50,261 nucleotides of DNA from a virus. Its lineage: Duplodnaviria > Caudoviricetes. A program made the position numbers and the translations under genes. Positions within the stretch are counted from its first letter, which is position 1. Each line of letters starts with the position of its first letter. Location: positions 1-50,261 of IMG/VR virus record IMGVR_UViG_3300037508_000928; one strand, given 5' to 3'. Shown piece after piece: positions 36,714-45,849 of the stretch. The notes beneath the pieces are model-generated. The model searched no databases. It saw only the letters and a program-made list of their open reading frames with translations, and had not been told where the DNA came from.

Positions 36714-39115
36714 ACGCACACGAACTGCTCGACTACATCGACCCCACGACACTGGACTACCAGGAGTGGGTAAACGTAGGCATGGCGCTCCAGCACGAAG
36801 GCGGTAGCGTGTCCGATTGGGATGCGTGGAGCCAGCGTGACACTCCCCGCTACCAAGCGGGCGTGTGCCAGAAGAAGTGGGCTGGCTTTCAAGGTTCCGC
36901 AAACCCGGTGACAGGCGGGACGCTGGTGGAACTGGCAAAGCGTGGTGGATGGCGCCCTGAGCGCAAGCAGAACGGGCCGGGACGGGAGTATGACTGGGAT
37001 GACGTTATTGGTGGCAGTGATTCCCTAAAGGTGGTGGACGCGGAGTGGGTCGAGGACACAGAAGTTTCCGCTGTCCATGCTGCTGACTGGCGCCAGTTGC
37101 AGATGTACCTAGAAACGCTGTTTGAGGCTAACGACCATGTTGCCTATGTCTGCCAAGCGCGACAGGTAGAAGATCGCTGGATTCCTGGTGGGAAGGGAGT
37201 GTTTCACCGGACTGCTGGTGATCTCATTGCAGACCTTTCCAAGTACAAAGACATAGGGGCTGCCCTGGGCGACTTCAACCCCGAGGTCGGCGCGTGGATT
37301 CGGTTTAATCCGCTGGACGGCAAAGACATCAAAGACGCCAATGTTTCGGCCTTCAGGTACGCGCTCATCGAGTCAGACACACTGGCCATTGAGAAGCAGG
37401 CTGCGATTTATGAAGAAATGGAACTGCCCATCGTGGCCTTGGTGCATTCGGGCAAGAAGTCGCTCCACGCCATTGTGCGCATCGAGGCGACTACTAAAGA
37501 GGAATACCGCGAGCGCGTCAACTTCCTCCACAAGGCCTGCGAATCAAATGGCCTGCAGATTGACAAGCAGAACAAGAACCCTTCGCGCCTCTCCAGAATG
37601 CCGGGTGTCATGCGCAATGGGATTCAGCAATCGCTGGTGGGCTTGAACAAAGGCAAAGCATCGTGGGAAGAGTGGAAGGAATGGATTGAGGAACTGAACG
37701 ACGACCTACCCGACATCGAACCCTTGGATGCTGTATGGGACGACCTCCCCCAGCTTGCAGCACCGCTAATCGACAAGATATTGCGAAAAGGCCACAAGCT
37801 GCTGCTCTCGGGCCCATCCAAAGCGGGGAAGTCGTACATCCTCCTACAACTGGCAATGGGTGTGGCAGAAGGTAAGGACTGGCTGGGTTGGCCGTGCGCC
37901 CGTGGCCGCGTGCTCTATGTGAACCTCGAATTAGACCGACCCTCGTGCCTGCATCGTCTGAAGTTGCTCTACCAGGCCAAGAAGTGGGCTCCGACAGGCT
38001 TGGGTAACATCGACATCTGGAACCTTCGTGGCAAAGCTGTACCTATGGACAGGCTGGCTCCCAAGCTAATCCGCCGCGCCATGAAGCGTGATTATGCCGC
38101 AGTCATCATAGACCCCATCTACAAGGTTATCACAGGCGACGAGAACGCCGCTGACAAGATGGCATTTTTTTGCAACCAGTTCGACCGGGTGTGCGCGGAG
38201 CTAGGCTCTGCCGTCATTTACTGCCACCACCACAGCAAAGGCGCCCAAGGGCAGAAGTCTTCCCGCGACCGTTCCTCTGGCTCGGGCGTGTTTGCGCGTG
38301 ACCCTGACGCAATACTCGATCTCATAGAGTTGAAGCTGGAGAAGTCCCACCGGGATGTGCTGGACAATCGTTATATCTGCCCGCTCATCGAGGCGTTCAT
38401 GAACCAACACGCGCCCGAGTGGCGGGTCAGTATTGGTCAAGACACAGCAATCGTCTCACAGAAGTTCATCGAGGCGGCACAACCGCTCCTGCATCCTGAT
38501 GCTTACGGTGACTTGATGGAAGCCATAGCAACACGGCGTAACAGCCTAGCGTATGTCAGTGGGTGGAGAATGGAAGGCACGCTCCGAGAGTTCCCACCAT
38601 TCCCCCCGCGTGAAATCCTGTTCACCTACCCCACGCACACCGAAGATGCAGAACATATTCTCAGGTCTGCCAAAGCAGACGGTGAAGAGGCGCCGTGGGC
38701 TGCTGCCCAGCGGGAGAAGCGTGATGGGGGGAAGGACAAGAAGCAGAGCCAGATAGAAACGCTCCTGGCCGCGTACAGCAGCCTTAGTTCGTTTGATGAT
38801 GAGCCCGTTATGGTTGGCGACCTAGCAGAGAGCATGGGCATTACCCCCGCTAGTTTGAAGCGCCAGCTAAAAGCCACACAAACACTTGTCCTCGGTGACG
38901 ACAACGTGATCCGCACCAAGGTGCAGGCTGACCAGCACACGCTAGACACCGCCATAGAGAAAGCCCGTGACGTGTTAGGCGTGGTGAAGCTGCTCGACGT
39001 GGCAGCGGCACTCGGGCTGTCAACGGGAAACGACTTCGGCACCCGCAAGAAGATTCAACGCGATGGGCGATACCGCATAGAGAACGGCTTAGTAAAACTG
39101 AAGGAGGAACAGTGA
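36710..39115 (+). CDS. Primase-helicase (PriCT-2 + primase + AAA_25/RepA helicase)
   Basis: YQEWVNVGMAL..W..WS (PriCT-2); ESD, HSGKKSLH and SRLSRMPG; GPSKAGKS, IIDP and HHHSKG. Confidence 0.9.
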   Translation: MNAHELLDYIDPTTLDYQEWVNVGMALQHEGGSVSDWDAWSQRDTPRYQAGVCQKKWAGFQGSANPVTGGTLVELAKRGGWRPERKQNGPGREYDWDDVIGGSDSLKVVDAEWVEDTEVSAVHAADWRQLQMYLETLFEANDHVAYVCQARQVEDRWIPGGKGVFHRTAGDLIADLSKYKDIGAALGDFNPEVGAWIRFNPLDGKDIKDANVSAFRYALIESDTLAIEKQAAIYEEMELPIVALVHSGKKSLHAIVRIEATTKEEYRERVNFLHKACESNGLQIDKQNKNPSRLSRMPGVMRNGIQQSLVGLNKGKASWEEWKEWIEELNDDLPDIEPLDAVWDDLPQLAAPLIDKILRKGHKLLLSGPSKAGKSYILLQLAMGVAEGKDWLGWPCARGRVLYVNLELDRPSCLHRLKLLYQAKKWAPTGLGNIDIWNLRGKAVPMDRLAPKLIRRAMKRDYAAVIIDPIYKVITGDENAADKMAFFCNQFDRVCAELGSAVIYCHHHSKGAQGQKSSRDRSSGSGVFARDPDAILDLIELKLEKSHRDVLDNRYICPLIEAFMNQHAPEWRVSIGQDTAIVSQKFIEAAQPLLHPDAYGDLMEAIATRRNSLAYVSGWRMEGTLREFPPFPPREILFTYPTHTEDAEHILRSAKADGEEAPWAAAQREKRDGGKDKKQSQIETLLAAYSSLSSFDDEPVMVGDLAESMGITPASLKRQLKATQTLVLGDDNVIRTKVQADQHTLDTAIEKARDVLGVVKLLDVAAALGLSTGNDFGTRKKIQRDGRYRIENGLVKLKEEQ

Positions 39116-39166
39116 TGAAGGCAGAATGGTTTGAGGAAGTCGACCGCATCATGGAGGGGCACACCA

Positions 39167-39661
39167 ATGCCTAACCCATCCACCCCCGCCCAGCTTGCCG
39201 CGCTGGCGGAACTGCTGGCGATAACCCCGGATACGCATCCTCATTGTTTCCAGTCGTGGTGGAAGTGTTCCGAGTGTCAGCGCACAGACGAATACTTCAA
39301 ACCTGCCGGTGGCGCGAAACATCCGGGCTATGGCTACTGGCACTACCACTCTCACGCAGTAGGCGTTGATTGCGGCCCGATGTTTATAGACCATCAACCT
39401 GATATGCCCTGCCCGTTCTCCGGCACGCTCGATGCTGATGACGTGTGGCTGGCTCCGCTGATGAGGTGGCTAGCCAAGAACGAGAATGAACCTATGGTGT
39501 CTGGCTCGCATGTGAACAGCCCATGCTGGGGATGTGTGACTTCAAGAAAAGGCGACTCGGACTGCGATGGAAAAGCATATGTATATTCCCTCCTCCACGC
39601 CGCGCTATCCGCCCGCGTGTCTGAACTGATCGCTATCTACCCAGAAGGAATCCCCCAATGA
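39167..39661 (+). CDS. Hypothetical Cys/His-rich protein
   Basis: GGAGG RBS before ATG 39167; CSEC and other Cys/His; preceded by a 19-codon coupled mini-ORF (39115-39174). Confidence 0.55.
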   Translation: MPNPSTPAQLAALAELLAITPDTHPHCFQSWWKCSECQRTDEYFKPAGGAKHPGYGYWHYHSHAVGVDCGPMFIDHQPDMPCPFSGTLDADDVWLAPLMRWLAKNENEPMVSGSHVNSPCWGCVTSRKGDSDCDGKAYVYSLLHAALSARVSELIAIYPEGIPQ

Positions 39662-39822
39662 CCAATGACCAACTAGCCGTGATTCGTGCGCGCACTTGGC
39701 TGGCAGGGCTGGCGATGCAGGGGTTGTGCAGCCGCAAGGACTATGAGGGCGATGCTCCTATCCGAGTAGCGATGGAAGCTATTGAACACGCAGACGCGCT
39801 GATAGAGGAGTTGAACCAATGA
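39658..39822 (+). CDS. 54-aa conserved phage hypothetical protein (AG.AMQG...ADAL..L type)
   Basis: ATGA-coupled; MTNDQLAVIRARTWLAGLAMQGL...HADALIEELNQ. Confidence 0.65.
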   Translation: MTNDQLAVIRARTWLAGLAMQGLCSRKDYEGDAPIRVAMEAIEHADALIEELNQ

Positions 39823-39870
39823 CCCACAACCCCTGCCACGCGCTCGCCAAGGCCATCGCGGAGGTGATGA

Positions 39871-40023
39871 ATGTCAGCCTCTAAGTACACAACAGCAGGC
39901 ACCGCCGTATGGCTAGGCACTTCGCGGATCATCTGCGAGGCAGACACTGACACGATGGCAAAGTTCATTGCTGCTGCACTCAACAATCAAAACGAGAAAG
40001 CCCCCACTCGCGGGAGCAAGTGA
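39871..40023 (+). CDS. 50-aa hypothetical protein
   Basis: GGAGGTG RBS; MSASKYTTAGTAVW...AKFIAAALN. Confidence 0.5.
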   Translation: MSASKYTTAGTAVWLGTSRIICEADTDTMAKFIAAALNNQNEKAPTRGSK

Positions 40024-40027
40024 GGGC
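39989..40027 (-). terminator. Intrinsic terminator of the leftward cassette
   Basis: Minus strand GCCCTCACTTGC-TCCC-GCGAGTGGGGGC followed by TTTCTCGTTTT. Confidence 0.7.
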
Positions 40028-40048
40028 GGAGAGAGTTCCTGGTCGGTG

Positions 40049-40264
40049 CTAACGAGGGTTCAACAGGCCGTCGAGCTTCGCTCGCTTGGCCTTCATGTCA
40101 CGCATTTCCTTAGCAGAGGGTTTCCAATACCCTTTGTTGGCATCGTCGATAGCTGCATCGACAGCACGCCATTCCCGGTAGAGGCTATCTCGCACCGATG
40201 CAGGGGCTGGGGTTGGGCAATACATGCGCGGACCACCAATTCCTTGGTTCTTGTAGCCGCTCAT
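40049..40264 (-). CDS. Hypothetical early protein
   Basis: GGTGG RBS-like site, coupled to the upstream gene; 71 aa. Confidence 0.6.
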   Translation of the reverse strand: MSGYKNQGIGGPRMYCPTPAPASVRDSLYREWRAVDAAIDDANKGYWKPSAKEMRDMKAKRAKLDGLLNPR

Positions 40265-40560
40265 ACTTCCACCTTTGACCAGCCTGCAGGCACGTTGCCT
40301 TCTCCACAGACAGCCCCCTCATACTCCGGCGCCTCCGCCTCGATGATGTCCCCAATGGTGGTCAGGAGCCCGTAGGAATCCTTGCAGGGACAGTCGAGGC
40401 GCGTATAGAACGCATGAAGCGGTTCCGTGAGTGAGATGCACTCCGCATTGTTGCGGTATCCGCAACGTTCGACGCGCACAAGGCCATTGCCTTGCGGGCC
40501 TGTCACCCTGTACAGGTTCTCGCCCACCAGTGATTCAAAGTCCCAATCGAGTGTGTTCAT
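40261..40560 (-). CDS. Hypothetical early protein
   Basis: AGGAG RBS before ATG 40560 (MNTLDWDFE...). Confidence 0.6.
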   Translation of the reverse strand: MNTLDWDFESLVGENLYRVTGPQGNGLVRVERCGYRNNAECISLTEPLHAFYTRLDCPCKDSYGLLTTIGDIIEAEAPEYEGAVCGEGNVPAGWSKVEV

Positions 40561-40570
40561 GATGTCGCTC

Positions 40571-40705
40571 CTAGTTGATTGTGAGGCCGTTGGCACGAAG
40601 GGTATCAACCAAGGACTGCGCCCACGAGGACGCATCCTTCAATTTGCCGCACCGGGCGTATGCGATTGCTTTGGCCCACTTGCGGGCGAGGTCTGCGTAG
40701 TCCAT
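40571..40705 (-). CDS. 44-aa hypothetical early protein (not in ORF track)
   Basis: AAGGAG RBS; MDYADLARKWAKAIAYARCGKLKDASSWAQSLVDTLRANGLTIN. Confidence 0.65.
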   Translation of the reverse strand: MDYADLARKWAKAIAYARCGKLKDASSWAQSLVDTLRANGLTIN

Positions 40706-40814
40706 GTCGTTCTCCTTGTCGTTGGTTCAATCTCGTTAGAGGGGCTGCAGGCCAGCGGATACAACCTGCAGCCCCAAGACACCGCTGGACAACAGGCCCA
40801 GCGGTGGGAGGGAG

Positions 40815-41069
40815 CTACTCGCCGAGGGCAATCACTTGCTCAATGTGCTGGAATGTTGCGACTTCGCCATCGGTATGCGCTGCCGTGCGCAAGAGGTTGC
40901 GGTATGCTTTGGCAATCTCCAGCAATTCAGGAGCCGCCGCGATAAGCCGGGCCTCTTCTTCATCGAACACCGTTGCAATGCGCTTGCCGTCTGTGCCGTA
41001 CACCGTGATCTGTGTGACCCCATCCGGGACAGCATCGCGGGACGTTTCCCAATGTTTCGATTCGCTCAT
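40815..41069 (-). CDS. Conserved phage hypothetical protein (ARLIAAAPELL type)
   Basis: Common phage motif 'ARLIAAAPELLE'; purine-rich RBS. Confidence 0.75.
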   Translation of the reverse strand: MSESKHWETSRDAVPDGVTQITVYGTDGKRIATVFDEEEARLIAAAPELLEIAKAYRNLLRTAAHTDGEVATFQHIEQVIALGE

Positions 41070-41152
41070 GTTCTCTACCCTCTCTCGTTTCGCCCAGCGG
41101 CCAATCCGCTGATCGCCTAGCCCCCAGTGAAGAGGGCTAGGCCATCAGAGGA

Positions 41153-41584
41153 CTACTCGCCGTTGTAGTCCGCGATTGTGTCGCGCACATCTTCAAGCGC
41201 GCTTGTCCACAATTCCGGCGTGCTGCGGTGTCCAAGCTCTAGGTCAAGTAAGCGCACTACGGCAGCACGGAGTGAGTCGTAGTGGTCGCTCAGGTAGTCA
41301 TAGCCCTCGGCCTTGATGCGCTGCTCTTCCGCGTCGATTCTTGCCGAGTCATCCTCACAGGCCACGAATGCAAGGTCGTTGCTGTCATCGAAGGTGGAGT
41401 AAATCTCGATGATTCCCGCTTTGATGAGGTCGTTCAGGTGCGTGTGAATGCTCGCAACGTAATAGATGGTCGGGCCCGATTCGGGGTAGGCGGTGTCCTG
41501 CTCCTTCAAGTGCTCGAGTATCTCCCCGAAACCGATAGGGCCGACAAGGTTAATGTGCCCGATGATGTGATCCTTGGTGTCCAT
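41153..41584 (-). CDS. Acidic hypothetical early protein, possible winged helix
   Basis: GGAG RBS; 'IHTHLNDLIKAGIIE' winged-helix-like pattern; strongly acidic. Confidence 0.6.
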   Translation of the reverse strand: MDTKDHIIGHINLVGPIGFGEILEHLKEQDTAYPESGPTIYYVASIHTHLNDLIKAGIIEIYSTFDDSNDLAFVACEDDSARIDAEEQRIKAEGYDYLSDHYDSLRAAVVRLLDLELGHRSTPELWTSALEDVRDTIADYNGE

Positions 41585-41586
41585 GG

Positions 41587-41772
41587 TTATGCTCCCGCTT
41601 TGATGTAGGCGTTCAGGCCTATCGTCAGTGGCTTTCCGTTGACCACGCAGGTCGTGGTGACATTCCCATGGCTGGACGCAACCACGAGTGTCTTGCCGGA
41701 CGCGCTAGGCGCCGGGGTCTGTGTGTCGATGATGATGTGGAGCTTGTTGCCTTCAATCTTTGCCTCTAACAT
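41587..41772 (-). CDS. Small conserved protein (SASGKTLVVAS motif)
   Basis: AAGGAG RBS; MLEAKIEGNKLHIII...PSASGKTLVVASSHGN...GLNAY. Confidence 0.7.
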   Translation of the reverse strand: MLEAKIEGNKLHIIIDTQTPAPSASGKTLVVASSHGNVTTTCVVNGKPLTIGLNAYIKAGA

Positions 41773-41829
41773 TCTCTCTCTCCTTGCCCTCTCGGGCGTT
41801 ACCAGCCAGACCATCTGACTGACAAGGGG

Positions 41830-41904
41830 AGATTATCACAGCGTCAACACCCTGTCAACACATTTCTTTACAAGGTTGACACAGCGTTAATACTGGCGTA
41901 AACT
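41830..41904. promoter_or_regulatory. Divergent sigma70-type promoters with repeated operators
   Basis: Leftward TTGACA(41858)-N17-TAATCT; rightward TTGACA(41876)-N17-TAAACT(41899); repeat CACAGCGTYAAYAC at 41837 and 41880. Confidence 0.75.
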
Positions 41905-41910
41905 CCCCTC

Positions 41911-42090
41911 ATGGCACCGAAGAACACAAGCAATCTCAACATCCGAGTGGCGCCGGACGAGCTGGAACGCTGGAACGCAGCAGCCCAAGCAGACGGGCGG
42001 ACGCTCTCCCAATGGGTGCGCTGGCATCTGAATCGAGCCCCCGGCGTCGAGCATCCTGCCGACCAGGAAGAGCGGCCAGAGCGGCCCTGA
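41911..42090 (+). CDS. Ribbon-helix-helix regulator, probably leaderless (not in ORF track)
   Basis: MAPKNTSNLNIRVAPDELERWNAAAQADGRTLSQWVRWHL; ATG 6 nt after the -10 box. Confidence 0.8.
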   Translation: MAPKNTSNLNIRVAPDELERWNAAAQADGRTLSQWVRWHLNRAPGVEHPADQEERPERP

Positions 42091-42479
42091 TGCAGTTCTT
42101 CCTACCGATGAACCCACCGCGCACCACCAAGCAGACCCAGCGCATGGGCAAGGCAGGTGGCAAGCTCATCTTCTACGACACACCAGAACTCCGAGCAGCC
42201 GAGCAGAAGCTCATAGCCGCATTCGCCCAGCACAGCCCCCCTGAACCCCTCACCGGGCCAGTCCGGCTCGTGGTCAAGTGGATATGGCACTCCAAGGACA
42301 AGCACCGGCATGGGCAGTACAAACCGACAAGACCAGACACTGACAACTTACAGAAACTCCTGAAGGACGTCATGGGCAAGGTCGGTTTCTATCACGATGA
42401 CGCTCAGGTGGCATCCGAAATAGCCGAGAAGTTCTGGGGAGCCCAACCCGGTATCTTCGTGCAGGTGGAGCAACTTTAG
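42090..42479 (+). CDS. rusA: RusA-family Holliday junction resolvase
   Basis: TGATG-coupled start MQFFLPM; RPDTDNLQKLLKDVM...YHDDAQV...K motif. Confidence 0.9.
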   Translation: MQFFLPMNPPRTTKQTQRMGKAGGKLIFYDTPELRAAEQKLIAAFAQHSPPEPLTGPVRLVVKWIWHSKDKHRHGQYKPTRPDTDNLQKLLKDVMGKVGFYHDDAQVASEIAEKFWGAQPGIFVQVEQL

Positions 42480-42488
42480 GTGGTGTTT

Positions 42489-42689
42489 GTTGCCTCAGTT
42501 GCCTCACAGGCCAGAAAGGCAACAAGTCAACTTTTGCAGGACGTCACCCTAGTTGGTTGCTTCTGCCCGGTGGTAATTGAATTCATGGATTCTGTGTCGC
42601 AAGTCCTTTGTTCCCAACAAATCAACCGAGGCAACTTTTCAACTCGTGTTGACTACCCTAAAGGGTATACAAAGTTGCGAGTTGCCTCA
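42489..42689. repeat. Iteron-like GTTGCCTC repeats, putative replication origin
   Basis: GTTGCCTCA at 42489, 42498 and 42681; inverted (G)AGGCAAC at 42517 and 42628; variant at 42556; palindrome TACCCT-AA-AGGGTA. Confidence 0.5.
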
Positions 42690-42860
42690 CCCTCACCCAT
42701 TCGCGTGTGCTCCTGTAAGTCGTCGAGGGCCAAAGCCCCCTCGCCTCTATCGCTAGGCTATCGAGCAAGCGACTTCCAGACGCACACATCACCGAATTGC
42801 TCCCCGAACACCAAAACGGTAATGAGAAACCATTATCAGAAAGATAAGGATTCTTAGCGC

Positions 42861-43250
42861 ATGGCATGGCCGACCAAGAAACCACCCCAAGCCCCTGACA
42901 CTTCGACAGAAGGCCTAAAACGGCAGGCGGCGGATAACCGGCAAAGATTCCGCTCCCGGCCGGCTGCCGCTCGTCTGGACGCTCTGAGGGTCATTCCCTC
43001 CATCGAGGACTGTGAACCCACCACCCGGCGTGCAATCGAGATGTGGGCCGATGCCGTCCCCACCAAGGACATCCTTGAATCCACGGGCCTGCACTCCATC
43101 CAGTTCACCGCCCTGCTGGACAGCCCAGCAGCCCGAGCACACTATGCCAAGGTCCGGCGCCGGAAGGATACCGAGCGGGTGAACCTCGCTGCCGTGGTGC
43201 CATGGCTCGAAGTCTGGCAGGCAGTGAAGCGCAGCAGGTCACAGCCTTGA
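42861..43250 (+). CDS. Hypothetical HTH-like protein
   Basis: TAAGGA RBS; 'AIEMWADAVPTKDILESTGLHSIQF' HTH-like segment. Confidence 0.5.
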   Translation: MAWPTKKPPQAPDTSTEGLKRQAADNRQRFRSRPAAARLDALRVIPSIEDCEPTTRRAIEMWADAVPTKDILESTGLHSIQFTALLDSPAARAHYAKVRRRKDTERVNLAAVVPWLEVWQAVKRSRSQP

Positions 43251-43650
43251 AAATCGAGCTTGGGAGCCTCATTATCTCCAGTAGATAACACCAACCCCAT
43301 GTTTCATTGGGGTATTTGCCCAACTGATACCATTTCGAGCACGAATCACGGTATTCCGACCTCGTAGGATGACCAAGGAGACGCGCCGACCACCTCCAAG
43401 GTATCCCGGCAAGGCAGGTGCAGGGCGCCTCGGTCGAGTTCGATGGGATGTCCGCCTCGACCTCGATGGACCCCGAACCCCATGACCATCGACCCACCAC
43501 CGCCACCATCGACCGAGGATGAGCCGACCGAGCGACCGGGGCAGGGGGGGAGCGGCGACACTCACCTCAGTACATCCAACCCCCCCGAAATTTTTGTACC
43601 CTGCAAAAAATGTCTTGACAAAGCTGGTCGTTCTGCTTTACGTTTCCGTC

Positions 43651-44250
43651 ATGACTACGACAGCCGAGCAGGTCGATAGCGCGACCAGTATCGAAGACCT
43701 CCCGCCGCTCTGGGGTGAGGTAGCGAGTTTGGCTGGCACGGTTCCTCTTGTTGACGTGTCGATTCTGGCTGGCCACTTCAAGCGCCCGAAGAAGGAGATT
43801 GAGCGGATACTCGCTCATCCTGCGGTAGCGGAGCACGTCGAGTACCTGAAGGCTGAGATAGCCTTGCGGGTCGGCAAGGAAGCTGGGACGTTGACCGAGG
43901 CGCGCAGTTCTGCGATTCAGAAGATTGCGGAGCGTCTCCAGGACGACGACATTCCGTTGCCGGTGTTGATTAAGACAGCGCAGTTCCTGTGCGACTACAA
44001 CCCTGACCGGAAGTTCGTGAAGATTGAGAAGCGCGAGGAGCACCGGACGGTGGAGCACACTATCCGCGAGCACACGCTGCTGGACATCAAGGCTCGTGCG
44101 CTGGAGAATTTCCGCCGCGTCCCTGTTGAGCTTATCCCGGCTGCTTCGGTGGAGTACACCGAGGCTGACCCTGACGAGCGAGACGACTTTTCCGAGGCTG
44201 GGATTTGCGCGATTGAGAAGCAGCTTGAGGAAGAGGGGGTACTCAGCTAA
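43651..44250 (+). CDS. Putative terminase small subunit
   Basis: First late gene after TTGACA (43615); N-terminal HTH-like segment, helical core and acidic tail. Confidence 0.5.
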   Translation: MTTTAEQVDSATSIEDLPPLWGEVASLAGTVPLVDVSILAGHFKRPKKEIERILAHPAVAEHVEYLKAEIALRVGKEAGTLTEARSSAIQKIAERLQDDDIPLPVLIKTAQFLCDYNPDRKFVKIEKREEHRTVEHTIREHTLLDIKARALENFRRVPVELIPAASVEYTEADPDERDDFSEAGICAIEKQLEEEGVLS

Positions 44251-44504
44251 TGGAACCCTCCCTGAATCCCTTGAACCTGTCGCACCTCTCTTTCGAGGAG
44301 AAGGTCCGCCGCTTCAATCCGTCTCACGTTGTTGAGCAGTGGAAGAAAACCTTAGGTGATCAGCTGATGATTCCTAATCCCTTACTAGATCGCCTATCGC
44401 GTTTTGCTACTAAAAATGAACTTCCTTTCCCTTACTATTCGAGCACTATGGCGGAGTGGAACAAAATACTCTTGGCCGAACTCTTGAAAAGAGCCGCCCA
44501 ATGA
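44250..44504 (+). CDS. Hypothetical protein
   Basis: Coupled at both ends; 84 aa; AT-richer. Confidence 0.55.
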   Translation: MEPSLNPLNLSHLSFEEKVRRFNPSHVVEQWKKTLGDQLMIPNPLLDRLSRFATKNELPFPYYSSTMAEWNKILLAELLKRAAQ

Positions 44505-45058
44505 GTGCCACCACCTACCGCCGCTTCATCTACGAGCTGTGCGCGAGCTGTGCCGAGGGCGTTTACAGCACGAAGGCCCCGAGCAAGGCTTACGCCGAGC
44601 GTGTGACGAGCCTGATGTTCATGACGATGGCACATGAGAGCGCGCAGTTCACGGCGACGCGGCAGTTCGGTATTCCCTGGGAGATTGACCTTGGCGCGTG
44701 GGGGCTTTGCCAGGTAGAGCGCGGGAGCGTAATTGACTCGCTGAAGCTGCTTGAGCGGACGCCCCTGCTTGCGGATAACGCTGCGAAGTGGGTGGCAATG
44801 AGCAATCGTGCCGAGATAGAGCCGTTGCTTGCGATGACACCGGGGCAGGTGCTTCGGATGCTCCCTATGAGCGAGCGCCTGAGTGTGTTGTTCTGCCGGT
44901 TGCACTACCTCCGCGTGCTGGCTCCTGTGCCGACCGGGATAGAGGCTTGTGCTGAGTATGCCAAGCGGTACTACAACACCTATGCCGGGAAGGCTACTCC
45001 TGAAGACTACTCCAACGCATACCGGACGGCTATGTCTGGGATAAAGGAAGCGGCATGA
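44501..45058 (+). CDS. Putative endolysin (lysozyme-like fold)
   Basis: AHES, GLCQVE, RLHY and YAKRYYNT..GKAT motifs typical of a phage lysozyme-like family; followed by TM genes. Confidence 0.7.
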   Translation: MSATTYRRFIYELCASCAEGVYSTKAPSKAYAERVTSLMFMTMAHESAQFTATRQFGIPWEIDLGAWGLCQVERGSVIDSLKLLERTPLLADNAAKWVAMSNRAEIEPLLAMTPGQVLRMLPMSERLSVLFCRLHYLRVLAPVPTGIEACAEYAKRYYNTYAGKATPEDYSNAYRTAMSGIKEAA

Positions 45059-45168
45059 ACCTCGACATCCTGACTGCCCTTTTTGAGTGGGGCTTTGCCC
45101 TTGGCGCGAGCAGCTTGTTCCAGGCGTTCCTGTCGCTGCTGCTTCAACTGCTGGGGCTGGGCGCATGA
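45055..45168 (+). CDS. 37-aa hydrophobic lysis-cassette protein (not in ORF track)
   Basis: AAGGA RBS, ATGA-coupled at both ends; MNLDILTALFEWGFALGASSLFQAFLSLLLQLLGLGA. Confidence 0.6.
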   Translation: MNLDILTALFEWGFALGASSLFQAFLSLLLQLLGLGA

Positions 45169-45584
45169 GCGAGGAATACATCGAGATTACCGTTGCCGTG
45201 GTGCTTGCCGTGCTGGGTGCTGTCACCGGCACCGGATGGTATGCTCGCCAGCGTTGGCTTGTCCGCAAGAGCATCGACATCATCGGCTCCGTGGTTGAGC
45301 ACATGGCCCGCACGCGGGTTGCCAACATGAAGCAGGCGAACAAGGATGCTGGCGGTGAGTACGACCTGAACCTGAATCAAGGCTATCAGGTCATGCAGAT
45401 TGCCAAGGAGAAGATCATCGACGGTGCCAAGTTCATTGACGCGAACACGGCTTGGCACTTCCCGAGCGTGGCGAAGGCGGTTATGAACGACCCCAAGCTG
45501 ACCGAGAAAATTGAAAAGGCAGTGCAGAAGCGCAAGGAAACGAGGTTGAATCTCCACCCACGAACCGGCGCAAAGCCTTTCTAA
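45165..45584 (+). CDS. Holin-like protein (single N-terminal TM)
   Basis: TM segment ITVAVVLAVLGAVTGTGWY, then a helical region ending in 'IEKAV', resembling LL-H-type holins. Confidence 0.5.
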   Translation: MSEEYIEITVAVVLAVLGAVTGTGWYARQRWLVRKSIDIIGSVVEHMARTRVANMKQANKDAGGEYDLNLNQGYQVMQIAKEKIIDGAKFIDANTAWHFPSVAKAVMNDPKLTEKIEKAVQKRKETRLNLHPRTGAKPF

Positions 45585-45585
45585 C

Positions 45586-45849
45586 ATGCCAGCAAACGAC
45601 CCTGGCACCTTCGACTTCATGCACGTAATGGCGGCTTATGCTGTGACAGCAGGCACGGCGGCACTTGGCTGGATTTGGAGGACCGACCGTAAGGTGGCAC
45701 TCATGGACAACGACCACGACCACCATCACAAGGCTTTCTTGGATTTGAAAGAGTCCTACATACGGCTGGACTCAAAGATCGACCACCTCAGCGACACGCT
45801 GAAGGAAATCCAGCACGACATGCCCAAGCGTAAGACGGAGCAGAAATAA
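45586..45849 (+). CDS. Holin/XhlA-like TM + coiled-coil protein
   Basis: N-terminal TM followed by coiled coil RLDSKIDHL. Confidence 0.5.
   Translation: MPANDPGTFDFMHVMAAYAVTAGTAALGWIWRTDRKVALMDNDHDHHHKAFLDLKESYIRLDSKIDHLSDTLKEIQHDMPKRKTEQK

Noticed and set aside
41085-41150. Hammerhead ribozyme (CTGATG...GAAAC on the minus strand)
   Set aside because: The core reads CTGATGG rather than CTGATGA, and CTGAT is paired within a simple long hairpin.
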